Shown here piece by piece: positions 37,585 to 50,415 of a stretch of 64,000 nucleotides of DNA. Each line of letters starts with the position of its first letter. The first letter of the stretch is position 1. The notes under the pieces are model-generated. The model was given only the letters and a program-made list of their open reading frames with translations, had not been told where the DNA came from and did not search any database. A program made the position numbers and the translations under genes. Source of the stretch: Heterodontus francisci (Eukaryota); the NCBI RefSeq assembly GCF_036365525.1, contig NC_090394.1, positions 22,679,327-22,743,326 of the forward strand, written 5' to 3'.

Positions 37585-40500
37585 TAGGAGCAGGAGTAGG
37601 CCATACTGCCATTCAATACAGACATATCTAATCATCTGCCCCAGCTCCACTTTCCTGTTTGCTCCCAATATCCTTGGATTCCCTGAGAATAAATCTTAGC
37701 CTTGAATGTACTCCATGATGGAGCATTCATAACCCTCTGGGGTCGAGAATTCCAAAGATTTACAACCCTTTGACTAAAATGATCAACTCCTTATCCTGAG
37801 GCTGTGTCCTCAAACTCTAGATTCTCCAGCCAGGAGAAACAACCTCTGTGTCTATCCTGTCAAGCCCCTTCAGAATCTTGTATGTTTCAATGAGATCACC
37901 ACCTCCAGAAAGCATAGGCCCAATTTACTCAGCCAGTCATCATGGAACAGCCCTCTCAGCCCAGGAACCAATTTAATGAACCTTTGCTGTACCATCTTCA
38001 AAGGAAGTATATCCTTCCTTTAAATATGGAGACGAAAACTGCACATAATGCTCCAGGTGTGGTTGCACCAAAGGCCTATCCAATTTTTATGTATTTGTCC
38101 TCTGAATGTCAGCAGCATTGGCAAGTTCAGCATTTATTGCCCATCCCTAATTCCCCTTGAGCAGGTGATGGCGAGTCACTGCCTTGAACCACTGCAGTCC
38201 ATGTGGTGTAGGTACACCCACAGTGTTGCTGGAAGGGAGTTCCAGGATTTTGCCCTAGTGACCATGAAGGAAAGATGATATGTGACTTGGAGGCGAACTT
38301 GCACGCTCCCATGTGCCTGCTGCACTAGTTCTTCTAGGTGGTAGAGGTCACAGGTTTGGAAGAAGCCTTGGTGAGTTGCTGCAGTGCATCTTGTAGATGG
38401 GAGACACTGGAGGAAGTGAAAGTTTAAGATGGTGGATGGTCTCAAGTGGGCTGCTTTGTCTTGGATGGTACCCAGCTGCTTGTTGGAGCTGTACCCATCT
38501 AGGCAAGTGGAAGGTATTCCATTATACTCCAGACTTGTGCCTTGTAGATGATGGACAGGCTTTGGGGAGTCGGGAGGTGAGTTACTCGCTGCAGAATTCC
38601 CAGCCTCTGGCACTTGTGTCGACAGTATTTATATGGCTGGTCAGATATGGTAACGTCCAGGATGTTTATGGTCAGGGATTCAACAATGGCTGTGCCATTG
38701 AATGTCAAGGGGGGATGGTTAGATGCTCTCTTGGAGATGATTGCCTGGCACATGTGTAGTGTTAATGTTACTTGCCACATATCAGCCCAAGCCTGAATGT
38801 TATTCAGGTCTTGCTGTATGCAGGCATAAACTTCAGTATATGGGGAGTTGCAAATGGTACTGAACATTGCAATCATCAGTGAAAATCCCCACTTCTGACC
38901 TAATGTTGGAGGGAAGGTCATTGATGAAGCAGTTGAAGATGGTTGGGCCTAGGACACTATCATGAGGAACTCCTGCTGAGACAATTTGCCTCCAGCAAGC
39001 ACGACCATCTTCCTTTTGAGCTCAGCATGACTGCAACCAGTGGAAATTTTCCCCCGATTCCCATTGACTCCAGTTTTTCTCTGGCTGCTTGTTGCTACAC
39101 ACTGTCAAATGCTGCCTTGCTGTCAAGGGTCGTTACTCTTACTCACCCCTGGAATTTAGCTCTTTTGTCCATGTTTGGATCAAGGCTATGACCTTGGCAG
39201 AACCCAAAATGAGCAATAACCTGCTCGATGCTGAGTAATGGCCACTTGTTGATGCTGTTGACGACCCCTTCCACCGCCTTGCTAATAATTGAGAGTAGGC
39301 TGATGGAGTGGTAATTGGCCAGATTGGATTTGTCCTTCTTGTCGACAGCACCTATCTGGGCAATTTTCCACATTGTTGGGTAGATGCCTATGTTGTAGCT
39401 ATACTGGACAGCTTGACTAAGGGTGCTGCAATTGGAGCAAGGCTTCCTTGTTCTTGTACTCCAATCCCCTTGCAGTAAAGGCCAATCTGCTATTTGCCTT
39501 CCTCATTGCTACCTGTACCTACATGCTAACTTTTTTTCTGTTCCATGTAAGTTGTTAGGATCAGGTGAGAAAGGGGTCTAGGGTTCCATCTCCGTCTTCA
39601 CCTGGTCTTACTGTAACAGAGTTTAATTTTAAACACACCATTTTTAGCTCCCCCTTAGTGAATCCTTGTTCACGAACTTACAATTATAAGGCAAAGAAAC
39701 TAGCCAGACAGGTTTTCTTAGGTTTAAAGAAAAAAGGTTGAAATTTATTAAACATAAACTCTAATTCAGTTAATGCCTACGGATACGTGACATGCCCATG
39801 CTAGCATGCATACACGTTACACGCATGCAGATAGAGACAGAAAAGAGCAGAAGAAATAAAGTGGAAAAGCTTGAGGCAATATCTGAAGGTGGTTTTGGTT
39901 ACTGTTCTTCGAGCTCGCTATAAAGTCCTTGATTGTAGGTAGGTCTTGTTTTTTGTTGGGCCTCAGTATTCTTCTTAAACCTTGTTTGATGTCGGAGACT
40001 TTTCTCTTGAAGTTCACGTGTCCTCAGTGGGTCCAGAGGCTTGTGAGAAAGAGATGGGAGCAGACAGGAGAGGTCTTCTCACTCCAGGAGCAAACAGTCT
40101 TTCTGAATTCAAACTCTGTGGCTAATTCAAAAAACCCTGGACCAACCAGTTAGTCACATGACCAGCTGGTTTAACCAGTCTCTGGAATACTCTTCCTTAC
40201 ATCTTCAGTGTCTGGTGATCAAAATCCATTGTGAGTCGAATGTGCCAGGGAATAATCCTTTTGTCTCCATAAGCACTGTCTGTTAGTATGCAATTTTTTT
40301 CCAGCCAAGTATCTGGCAGCCCTTGTTATGGGCCTTCTCTTCCCAGCAAGTTTAAAATCAATGTTCGTATGACAAAACTAATATGCCTCATTCTTGGCAG
40401 GTGGGGGCCTGCATTACAATGTGTATACCCAAGTCTCTGAACATCAACATTTAGAAGTTCATGCCATTTAAAAAAAAAAAAAAAAATTTGCTTTTCTGTT

Positions 40501-41700
40501 CCTACCACCAAAGTGAATAATCTCAAATTTCCCTACATTATACTCCATCTGCCACCTTGTTGCCCACTCACTTAGCCTGGCTATAGCCTCTTTCTGGCGC
40601 CTCAGATTACATTCCTCTTGTCATTGAATTTGGATGCATTATTCTGTTTCCTCTTCTAACTCATTAATATAGGTTGTAAATAACAGGCCCCAGATCGTTG
40701 TGGCAGTCCACGAGTTACAGCCTGCCAACCTGAAAATGCCCCATTTATCCCTACTCTCTGCCTCTTGTCCATTAACCAATCCCCTATCCATGTGAATGTT
40801 ATCTCCAAATCCATGAGCCCTTATCTTGTGTATTTAACCTCTTGTGTGACACCTTATCGAATGCCTTTTGGAAATCCAAGTATACTGCATCTACTGGCTC
40901 CCCTTTAGCTACCCTACTAGATGCATCCTCAAAAAACATCTAATAAATTTGTCAAACATGATATCCCTTTTGTAAAACCATGTTGAATCTGTCTGATTAT
41001 ACAGTGATTTTCTATGTGCATTGTTAAGATATCCTTAATAATCATAATAGATTCCAGTATTTTCCGACCGACTATCAGGCTACCTGGCCAGTAGTTCCCT
41101 GTTTTCTCTCCCACTCCTTTCTAAAATAGTGGAATTACATTTGCTAACTTCCAATCTGCTGGGACTGTTCAAAATTCCCTAGATTCTAGAAAAATCATAA
41201 CCAGCGCATCCACTATCTCTGCTGCTCTTTTTGAACCACAGGATGTAGACCATCAGGTCCTGGGGTTCTTCATCCCTTAATTTTTTCCATAATTTTTCCC
41301 TGCTGATTTTTTTTTTTTACCACCATACTTTTCAATCTATTTACCCAATCAACCTCGGACACTCTCCCTTCATGCCTATGTAAGATTCTTGTTTTGGATT
41401 TGAATATTGACTCTCCGTTAATATGGAATTCAGTTGTATTATCACTTTCTTTTTCCCCCAGAGGATCTTTTAGTATGAGACTAATTAATCTTACCTCATT
41501 ACACAAAACTAGATCCAAAGTAGTTTTGTCCCGAGTTAGTTTCATAAATTATTGCTCCAAGATGTTATCATGAAAACATTCTACAAATTCATCCGCCAGA
41601 CTGCCTTTTGCCAATTTGATCCAGTCTATATGAAGATTAAAGTCCTGCACAACATTTACATTGCCATTGTTACAAGCTACGATTATTTCTTGCTTAATAC
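37585..41700 (-). mobile_element. Decayed CR1 LINE interrupted by a second LINE (~38090-39440) and an LTR; continues at ~46068-46235
   Basis: CR1 tail at 37585; QHGFTKGISCLTNL (40929-41114); EN motifs QDFNLHIDW and LDLVLCNE; the EN sequence resumes after 46068. Confidence 0.8.
39553..40418 (-). mobile_element. Solo LTR (family A)
   Basis: TGTTAGG...CATTACA termini, TSD AAGT/ATGT; reverse complement of 29131-30007. Confidence 0.85.
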
Positions 41701-41704
41701 TCTG

Positions 41705-44700
41705 TCCAAACGGTGTGGAGATTTGAGTTTGGTGAGTGAGGATTTTAAGTGTTATCTTTATAAAAATCTGGTCTACAGTTAGCATTTAACCGTGATTTTC
41801 CCTCTAGATAAAGTAGGGTTAAGAAAGTAAAGTAAGTCCCCCTTCCAGTCTTAGGCTGGGATTAACAGGCAGTATTGAGAAGTAGCTGACCAATCCAATC
41901 TGGTTGCTGCAATTTCAGCTTCAAAAAGTATAAATATTGAGGTCTGGGTGCAGCCTGCAAATGGTGTGCAGATTGCAAGCAGAGTGTGGAGATTTGAGTT
42001 TGAGCGGAGAGTTCGGCGAAGGGGCGAGTAGGTGCTTTTTTTCTTCTATTTTTCTTGCCCTCCAGTATTTGGTTCCTGCTTCGGTGCAGTGGAAGGAGCT
42101 AGTTGGTGAGTAACTGGTAAGCTATTCTACTTAGTCTGTAATGTTAAAATATGGCAGGGCAGCTCGGCCGAGTGGAATATGCAGCATGTGGGAAGTCATT
42201 GGCACACCATGTGTCATAGACAAACACATCTGCAGGAAGTGTCACCGGCTGCAGAAGCTTGAGATCTGGGCTTTGCAACTCGAGCAGTGGCTGGAGTCAC
42301 TGTGGTGTATCCACGAGGCAGAGAACTACATGGATAGCACATTAAAGGAGGTGATCACACCACAGGTTGGGAGTATGCAGGCAGATAGGGAATGTGTGAT
42401 CGCCAGGCAGTCTGAGAGAACCAGGCAAGTAGTGCAGGAGTCCCCTCAGACTATCTCGCTTGCTGATCAGTTTTCCATTTTGGATACTGGTGAGGGTGAT
42501 GGTTTCTCAGAGGAGTGCAGTCGGAGCCAAGTTTGTGGCACCACAGGTGGCTCAGCTGCACAGGAGGGGAAGAGGAGGAGTGAAAGAGCAATAGTGTTAG
42601 GGGAACAGGCAGATGTTTCTGCGGCTGTGGACTGGACTCCAGGATGGTGTGTTGTCTTCCTGATGCCAGGGTCAAGAATATCATGGAGCGGCTGAGGGAT
42701 ATTCTTCTGGGGGGATGGTGAGCAGCCAGCGCTCATTGTCCACATTGGCACCAATGACATGGGTAGGAAGGAGAATGAGGTCCTGGAAGCAGATTTTAGG
42801 GAGCTAGGAAGGAGTTTAAAAAGCAGTAATCACCAGATTCTACCCAGTCCCACGTGCAAGTGAGCATAGGAATAAGAGAATTGAGCGATTGAACACGTGG
42901 CTGGAGCACTGGTGTTGGAGGGAGGACATCAGATTTCTGAGGCATTGGGACCAGTTCTGGGGCAGGTGAGATCTGTACAAGATGGGCGGGTTGCATCTTA
43001 GCAGGGCTGGGACGAATATCCTCGCAGGGAGATTTGCTAGTGCTGTCGGGGAGGGTTTAAACTGAATTGTTGGAGATGGGAACCAGAGAGGGAGCTCAGA
43101 TTAGAGGGAAACAAAACTAGTAACTTGTCAGGAAACCAGGAACAAATATCAGAGGAATACCAAAATGCACAGAATACTGGGGGTGATGGATAGCACTGGA
43201 GTTGGGAATAGTAAGTTATTAGGTGGGGTCAGAGTAAGGGAGAAAGTAATAAAGTCTGAATCAAGGTTAATGTGCATGTATATGACTGCATGAAGTATGA
43301 TAAGATTGAGGTACAGGTGCAGATTGCCATGTGGAAATATGATGTTGTGGCTATAACAGAGACTTGGCTGAAAGAAGGGCCGGACTGGGTGTTAAATATT
43401 CCTGGATACAAGGTGTTCAGGAAAGATAAAAAAGGGGGAAGGGTGGCGGCATTGATTTAAGGAGAACATTGCAGTGCTGGAGGAAAAAAGATGTCCCAGA
43501 GGGGTCGAGGACAGAATCAATTTGGCTGGAGCTAAGGAACAAAAAGGTGCAGTTGCATTGCTCTGTGTTGTCTATAGGCCACCAGCTAGTGGGAAGGGCA
43601 TGGAGAAGGAAATTGGAGAGGTGCAAAAATTATAGGGTAGTTGGGGGACTTTAATTATCCAAATATAGACTGGGATAATAGTGTGAGGGGCAAGAGTTCC
43701 TAGAGTGTGTTCAGGAAAATTTTCTACAACAGTATGTTGCTAGTCCAACGAGAAAAGAGGCACTGCTAGACCTGGTTCTTGGGAATGAGACGGACCAAGT
43801 GGATCAAATGTCAGTAGGAGAGCATTTAGGGGATAGTGATCATTCTATCATAAGATTTAGGCTGACTATGGAATAGGACACAGAACAATCCAGAGTAAGA
43901 ATAATTAACTGGGGGAAAGCCAAATTCAATGGAGTAAGAATGGAGCTGGGGTGAATAAATTGGAGTCAAAAAATTGACAGGAAAACTGGTAGCTGAACGA
44001 TGAGCTACCTTCAAAGAAGAGATAGTTTGGGCACAGTCGAGCCATGTTCCCTCGAAGGGGAAAGGTAGGGCAAAAAAATCCCAAGCTCCCTGGATGACAA
44101 AAGAGGTAGAAATTAAGATAAACAAGAAAAAGTGTGCTTATGATAGATGCCAGGTAGAAAGTACTATTGAGAACCAGGCTGAATATAGACGGTCCAGAGG
44201 GGAGGTGAAAAAGCAATTAAGGGAAGCAAAGAGAGCAAGAAAAGAGACTGGCAGCTAGTATTAAAGGAAATCCCAAACTTTTCTAAAGCCATGTAAAAAG
44301 GTGGTAAACTGAAGAGTAAGGCAGTTAGGAACCATAAAGGGGATTTACACATGGAGGCAAAGGGCATAGCTGAGGTATTAAATAAATACTTTGGATCTGT
44401 CTTTACCAAGGAAGAAGATACAACTTAGGCAATGGTGAAAGAGGAGGTAATTCAGACACTAGAGGGGTATAAAATTAATAGAGGATGTATTAGATAGGCT
44501 ATCTGTACTTAAAGTGGATAAAGCACCAGGACTGGATGAGATGCATACAAGGATACTGAGAGAAGTGAGGGTGGAAATCGCAGAGGCACTGGCCATAATT
44601 TTTCAGTCTTCCTTAGACTTGGGTGGTGCCAGAGGACTGAAGAATTACAAATGTTACACCCTTGTCCAAAAAAGGGTGTCAAGATAAGCCCAGCAACTAC

Positions 44701-46066
44701 AGGCCAGTCAGTTTAACTTCAGTAGTGGGGAAATTTCTAGAAAAAATAATTCAGGACAAAACTAATAATCACATGGACAAATGCAGGTTAATTAAGGAAA
44801 GCCAACATGGATTTCTTAAGGGAAAATCATGTTTAACTAACTTGCTGGAGTTTTTTCAGGAGGTAACGGGGTTGATGAGGGCAATGCTGTTGATGTGATG
44901 TGCATGTACTTTCAAAAGGCTTTTGATACAGTGCCACACAACAGACTTGAGCAAATTTATGGCTCCTGGAATAACAGGGATGGTAGCAACATAGAACTAA
45001 ATTGGCTGAGTGACAGGAAACAGAGTAGTGATCAATGGATATTTTTCGGGCTGGAGGAAGGTTTGTAAATGAGTTCCCCTTCAAACTCCAGGGCTCCGTG
45101 TTGGGACCCTTACTTTTCCTAGACCTTGGTGTACAGGGCACAATTTCAAAGTTTGCAGATGATCTGAAACTTGGAAGCATTGTAAACTGAGGAGGATCAT
45201 GTAGAACTTAAAAGGGACATAGACAAGATTGTGGAATGGGCAGACAAGTGGCAGATGAAGTTGAATGCAGAGAAATGTGAAGTGATTCATTTTTGGTAGG
45301 AAGAACATGGAGAGACAATATAGAATAAAGGGTACAATTTTAAAGTATGTGCAGGAGCAGAGGGACCCAGGTGTATATGTGCATGTCATTGAAGGTGGCA
45401 GGACAGGTTGAGCGAGTGGTTAATAAAACATACAGTATCCTGGGCTTTATTAATAGGGGCATAGAGTACAAGAGCAAGCAAGTTATGTTGCACGTGTATA
45501 AGACACTAGTTCGGCCTCAGCTGGAGTATTGCATCCAGTTCTGGACACCACACTTTAGGAAAGATGTGAGGGCATTGGAGAGAGTACAGAAAAGATTCAC
45601 TAGAATGGTTCCAGGGATGAGGAACTTCAGTTATGAAGATAGATTTGGAGAAGTTAGGACTGTTTTCCTTGGAGAAGAGGAGGCTGAGGGGTAATTTGAT
45701 AGAGATATTCAAAATCATGAGGGGTCTGGACAGTGTAGACAGAGAGAAACTGTTCCCACTCATGAAAGGATCAAGAATGAGATGGCACAGATTTAAAGTA
45801 TTTGGTAAGAGAAGTAAAAATGACATGAGGAAAAACTTTTTCACGCAAGTGGTTAAGGTCTGGAATGCACTACCTGAGAGTGTGGTGGAGGCAGGTTCAA
45901 TTGAAGCATTCAAAAGGGAATTAGACTTATCTGAAAAGGAAGAATGTGCAGGGTTGTGGGGAGAGGGCAGGGGAATGGAGCTGAGTGGGTTGCTCTTTCG
46001 GAGAGCTGGTGCAGACACAATGGGCTGAATGGCCTCCTTCTGCACTAACAATTCTGTGATTCGATG
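41705..46066 (+). mobile_element. Full-length decayed CR1 LINE (5'UTR, ORF1 zinc finger/zipper/esterase, EN, RT)
   Basis: ORF 42141-42695 (CSMWEV..HICRKC..L), HIGTND, EN motif ITETWL, RT motifs at 44662-46028, tail TTCTGTGATTC. Confidence 0.92.
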
Positions 46067-47215
46067 CTATAACTACTGTTTGGGGGCCTATAAACTACTA
46101 CCAATGTTTTTCGACCCTTGTTATTCCTAATCTCCACCCATACTAATTCTACTTCCTGATCTTCTGAGACCAGATCCTTCCTTATTACTGTCCTTTATGG
46201 TATCCCTTACTATCAGAGCCCCTCCTCCTCCTCCTTTCATTACTCAAATTTCATGAATAAAAGTGGGCGTGTTCATAATGATGCAGTTTAATTGTAAATG
46301 CAAGTATTAACTTGTGGAGGAACAACTTTTTGAATTGCTTTGAAGCAGAGTTTAAAAAGGTTGTGTTCTCAAATGGTGACGACGAAAGCTGTTGCTAAGT
46401 ACACGGTCTGAGCTTCAAAAATGTGCAAAGTCAATTTCCAATTGAAAATGGTGCTAATATGTTGGCACATTTTCTTTTTTTACAGTTTTCAGATTTACTC
46501 TGCACACTAATTACTTCTGAGTAAACCTGCTGTTCTGCTTTTAAACTGACTTTCAGGTGTCACACTAGTCCCTTGGGCTAACCTGTCCTTGTTTTCCCCC
46601 CCACTCTGGATGGGGACACTCTTGGCACTGTACTTGATACTTTCTGATTAGGCTGATTGTGTAAATCTTTGTGTGGGTATTAACATAATCTGTTAATTTA
46701 AACCAGAAAATTACAATGATCTAACAGCTGATCTTTGAATTAAAGAATTTTAAGAAAAATCATACCTGCACTAAAAAAAATTGAATGTTAAATGAACTAT
46801 TGAAATGCATGTGAGTAAAACTTGAGCACCATGCAATGCAGTTTTTTTTCCCCCATCTATTTCAATTCTCCAGATGCTCCTCCACATACCTGATTTTTTT
46901 TTTTTGTATTTTTCCTCAATAGTAATTTGTACTTAAACTCAAACTCATCCTCCTGCAACAATTCTGTCTTTGCTCAATGATATCCTACACTCCAGAAGGG
47001 GAGGCTACCCTCTTAGGCACCTGTTGTTGATCAGTTGGATTTGAATTAATTCAGATATCGCTGAACAGGATTCATTTATGTTGTCAATTCAAATTCAGCA
47101 AACGGAAGGTGGCTTTTGTGCAATTTCAACAAATAATTTGGATTAAACAACTACAAGTTAAGATTGTTTAGAGATCCTACATGATGACTTGATTTTATGT
47201 ATTTAAATCTATCAG

Positions 47216-47535
47216 ATGAAGCTTCTGAAGTAGAACTTCAACCTGTTAAATTTATACTTCGATCAGGTGAATCAGAAGATATTGAAGAGGTGGATGAAAC
47301 CATACCTGGACAGGTGACTGAGGACACCATTTCAGTCAGTTCCAGTTCCAGCACCGAACAAGAAGCCAATCTCTCTAGAAATCATACTGGTTCCCAGACC
47401 CGCCATTTATATTTTGAAACAGATGATGGTGTTGATGGGAACATTGCTTTGCCGAATGCCAGTTCCTTGTCTGGTCAAGATGTTTCCAACAGAAAGAGGC
47501 TCAGGCCCTGGATGCTGCATTGTTCTTTGAGGTAG
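47216..47535 (+). CDS. RNF151: Putative last coding exon of the RNF151-like gene (acidic, Ser-rich, ending NRKRLRPWMLHCSLR*)
   Basis: atcag|AT GAA GCT.. phase-1 acceptor; 106 open codons in unique sequence; followed by a unique AT-rich region with AATAAA signals (~48785, ~49215, ~49262). Confidence 0.6.
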
Positions 47536-50279
47536 TTTACTTTTCTTTTGGACAGATTCCTAAGACATGATAGGTGAGCTGGTCACTAAAATGTCTGTTT
47601 TGGACTTTGGAATCACAATCTAGTAGACCGTGATTTATAAAAGAAACCTCAACACTGCACAAATATCTGCAAGCAGAGGAAAAGTATAGCAAAGCTATTT
47701 TAACAGACCTCCCAAAAAATGTTGTTAAAACCTATTATGATATGCCACTGTGTGTAAAGCACTGTGCCTAGGGCATGTCACTGTTAGTTAACGAGCAGTG
47801 TTGAAAGAGGAACATAATTTTTCCCTGAAATCCTGCAGAATGTTTAACCTGTAGTGGTTTTGTAATCGTCACTAATCCTCCAACTAATTTGTGCCCATTG
47901 TGATCCATGACTAAAGCAATGACCACTTAACCCTGGAAGGAGTTTGATTAGGTTAAACTGGGGCCTTGTGTTCAAATCACACTTTTTGCAGAAAGTACTG
48001 GCTAAACCCAAGCCATTTGTTTCATATAATAAAAGCAAAATACTGCGGATGCTGGAAATCTGAATGTTTCATACCTACATACTCCATTTACCATTGTAAA
48101 TTAGTGCTGCTATTTAAAGGGGCAACATTGCTTAAATTTTCAGGGAAAAGGGGTTGTCCCAACCTAACCAGATTGAGGATAGGGTATCTGTAATGGGGAT
48201 TATATTTGTAAGATTCTGTAAAAGAAACATGTGGGTTTCCAACTGAACAGCCTGTTGAAGGATCAGGCATTCTGCTGACTTTCCCAGTCTGCATATTTTA
48301 AGGATACCTTTTTAAAGAATAATGTGCACTTGGGTATTTTGTAATGCCCTTTATTCCATTACTAATTCCATCTGAAGACTTCAGTGAATGGGATTGGTTT
48401 TGTCTGAAAGAAGCAACTCCGGCTATTACTTTTTAAAAAAAAATTCTTTTCACATTTTAGATGCCGACAATCCAGTTGGAAGCGCAGCAACCCCAGTTTA
48501 AGACTATTGTCCAGAAGACAGCATACCCAACCACGTTGATATTTCACTGCTTTTAGCTAGATCATCTCAACTTCCACCAGTCGATCACTTTAAATGAGTT
48601 CATTTTTGTTGATTCCTACAATTTCATGCTGAGTTCTGAAGTGTTTCAGTAACTGCCAAAACCCAAAGTATTTACTTGTTTTTGTTGAGCTTGTATTTAA
48701 AGTTAATCTAGAACTGCCATTAGTATGTTAGTTATCCAATGAAGGACTGGGTAGTACTTTTGGGTATAGTGCAGCCAGATGTAGAATAAAGCTGCCACAG
48801 CCCTGATTGCATCTTTTACTGTGCCAGTTCAATATTTCTGCCCGTCATTCTTATGATCTGTTAACAAGACTGACAATCAAATCATGAGCAAGTTTTCCAA
48901 TCAGCCTGCACTCATTTGGAGCTGGATTGAGGCTGGTCGATCCCTTTTCACATACCTGGCTGTGAAATGAGCTTGGGCAGTTTGTCATTTCTAGTGCGAG
49001 CCCACAGTGCAAAATTGCTCAATTTATCGATCTTGCTTAAAGACCAGGAAGATGGATAGTCTTCAAAATGGAATCAGCAAGTACAGGCGGCCTTGGAGTT
49101 CAGCCATCTGGTGGCTAAGCAAGAGGAGCAATGCTGGCAATTGCTGTCCAGAATGGATATATTCCATTTCTCTCAATTCTGTCCTTCCACTTGCTTTCTT
49201 CTCACCCACCACTAAATAAATGTTTGTTGTACACATCTTGCCATGAGAAATGTTTATCAAAAATAAAATGGCCAATAAAATTGTGGCTCGGTTGTACATT
49301 TCAGCTACAGGTTAAAATTGTCTCTTGCATTATACCAAGTATTGTTTCATGCTCTTCAGTTACCATGTTTAATTTTGTAAACACAAAAGAAAAGCCAAGT
49401 ACTTCCAGCATTTATTATACATTTCTTAATTTAAAAAAAAAATTAAATGCATTGGACTAATCCTATTTTGACTGAATTCCCATACATTAAAACTAATCAG
49501 ATTTATGCATGTCTTGAGTAACAGAACACTTCCACTGACTGGTCAGCATTGAATGTTCATTGTCATGTATTCAGATTCCAGTTTTATACAGCACTGAGTT
49601 TCTGTAGTTTTAATTAAGTACAACTGTTACTCCTTTTGTTGTTTATAAAGTTTTGTATGGTATGATACAAAGAGCACAAAACACTGACAGCCACATATTA
49701 GAATGGAGTAGTGTTATCACATACTCTTCCACTGTCAATCTCCAATTTAAGCATGGGACCAAAAGGAACCCTGAAAAGAGAAAGCAATAATGCAGAAATT
49801 ATCTTGCAGCTCTTTCCAGTATGGTTTTGTTATCTGGGGTTTGATCTTTCTTGCCTCAAATTTTTGACTCAAAACTTGCATTGCAGTATTTCCTATTATA
49901 TAAAAAGTGAAAACTTAAAGTGTAATGAGGTTTTGGTGAGTACAATTTCTTGAAATATTTTTAAGTGTATTATGGGGGGAAAAAAGTAATCCCAATCCAG
50001 CTGCAAAGGTTTTTTTTCCTGTTCCTAAATCTTGTGCAGTCTACCTGGTTCTGCTGTCCAAGATGATTAGTGAACTTTTGCTTTTTAATTTGCAGCACAA
50101 AGTTGTATTTGACTTTTCTATCTTATAAGCTGAATAATTTTGAAATAAAGTGTTGGCATTGAATTTTTTTCTAAATGTGTTAAATATTTCAACTAAATGG
50201 CTTCCTTGAATCAAGAGTAATTGAATTACTTGCCAAGAATAAGCACTGACTGACCAGTTCATATTTAGGCCTCTGCAGC

Positions 50280-50415
50280 AGTTGTGGAGAAAATATAACT
50301 ACTAAATCCATGGGATTAAAGCAACTAAGGACTTTATTTTCTTTTCAAGCATATGCAAGGGAGAAGCCTACTGGTCACCCTAACAGCTTCTCAGTGAAAC
50401 AGTCTGTAGCACACA
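50280..50415 (-). ncRNA. Candidate box H/ACA snoRNA (positional candidate for the SNORA78 slot)
   Basis: Minus strand: hairpin GAGAAGCT/GGCTTCTC, H-like AAAAGA, hairpin TAGTTGCTTTAATCC/GGATTTAGTAGTTA, ACA 3 nt from the end; the G-U pairs work only on the minus strand. Confidence 0.35.
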
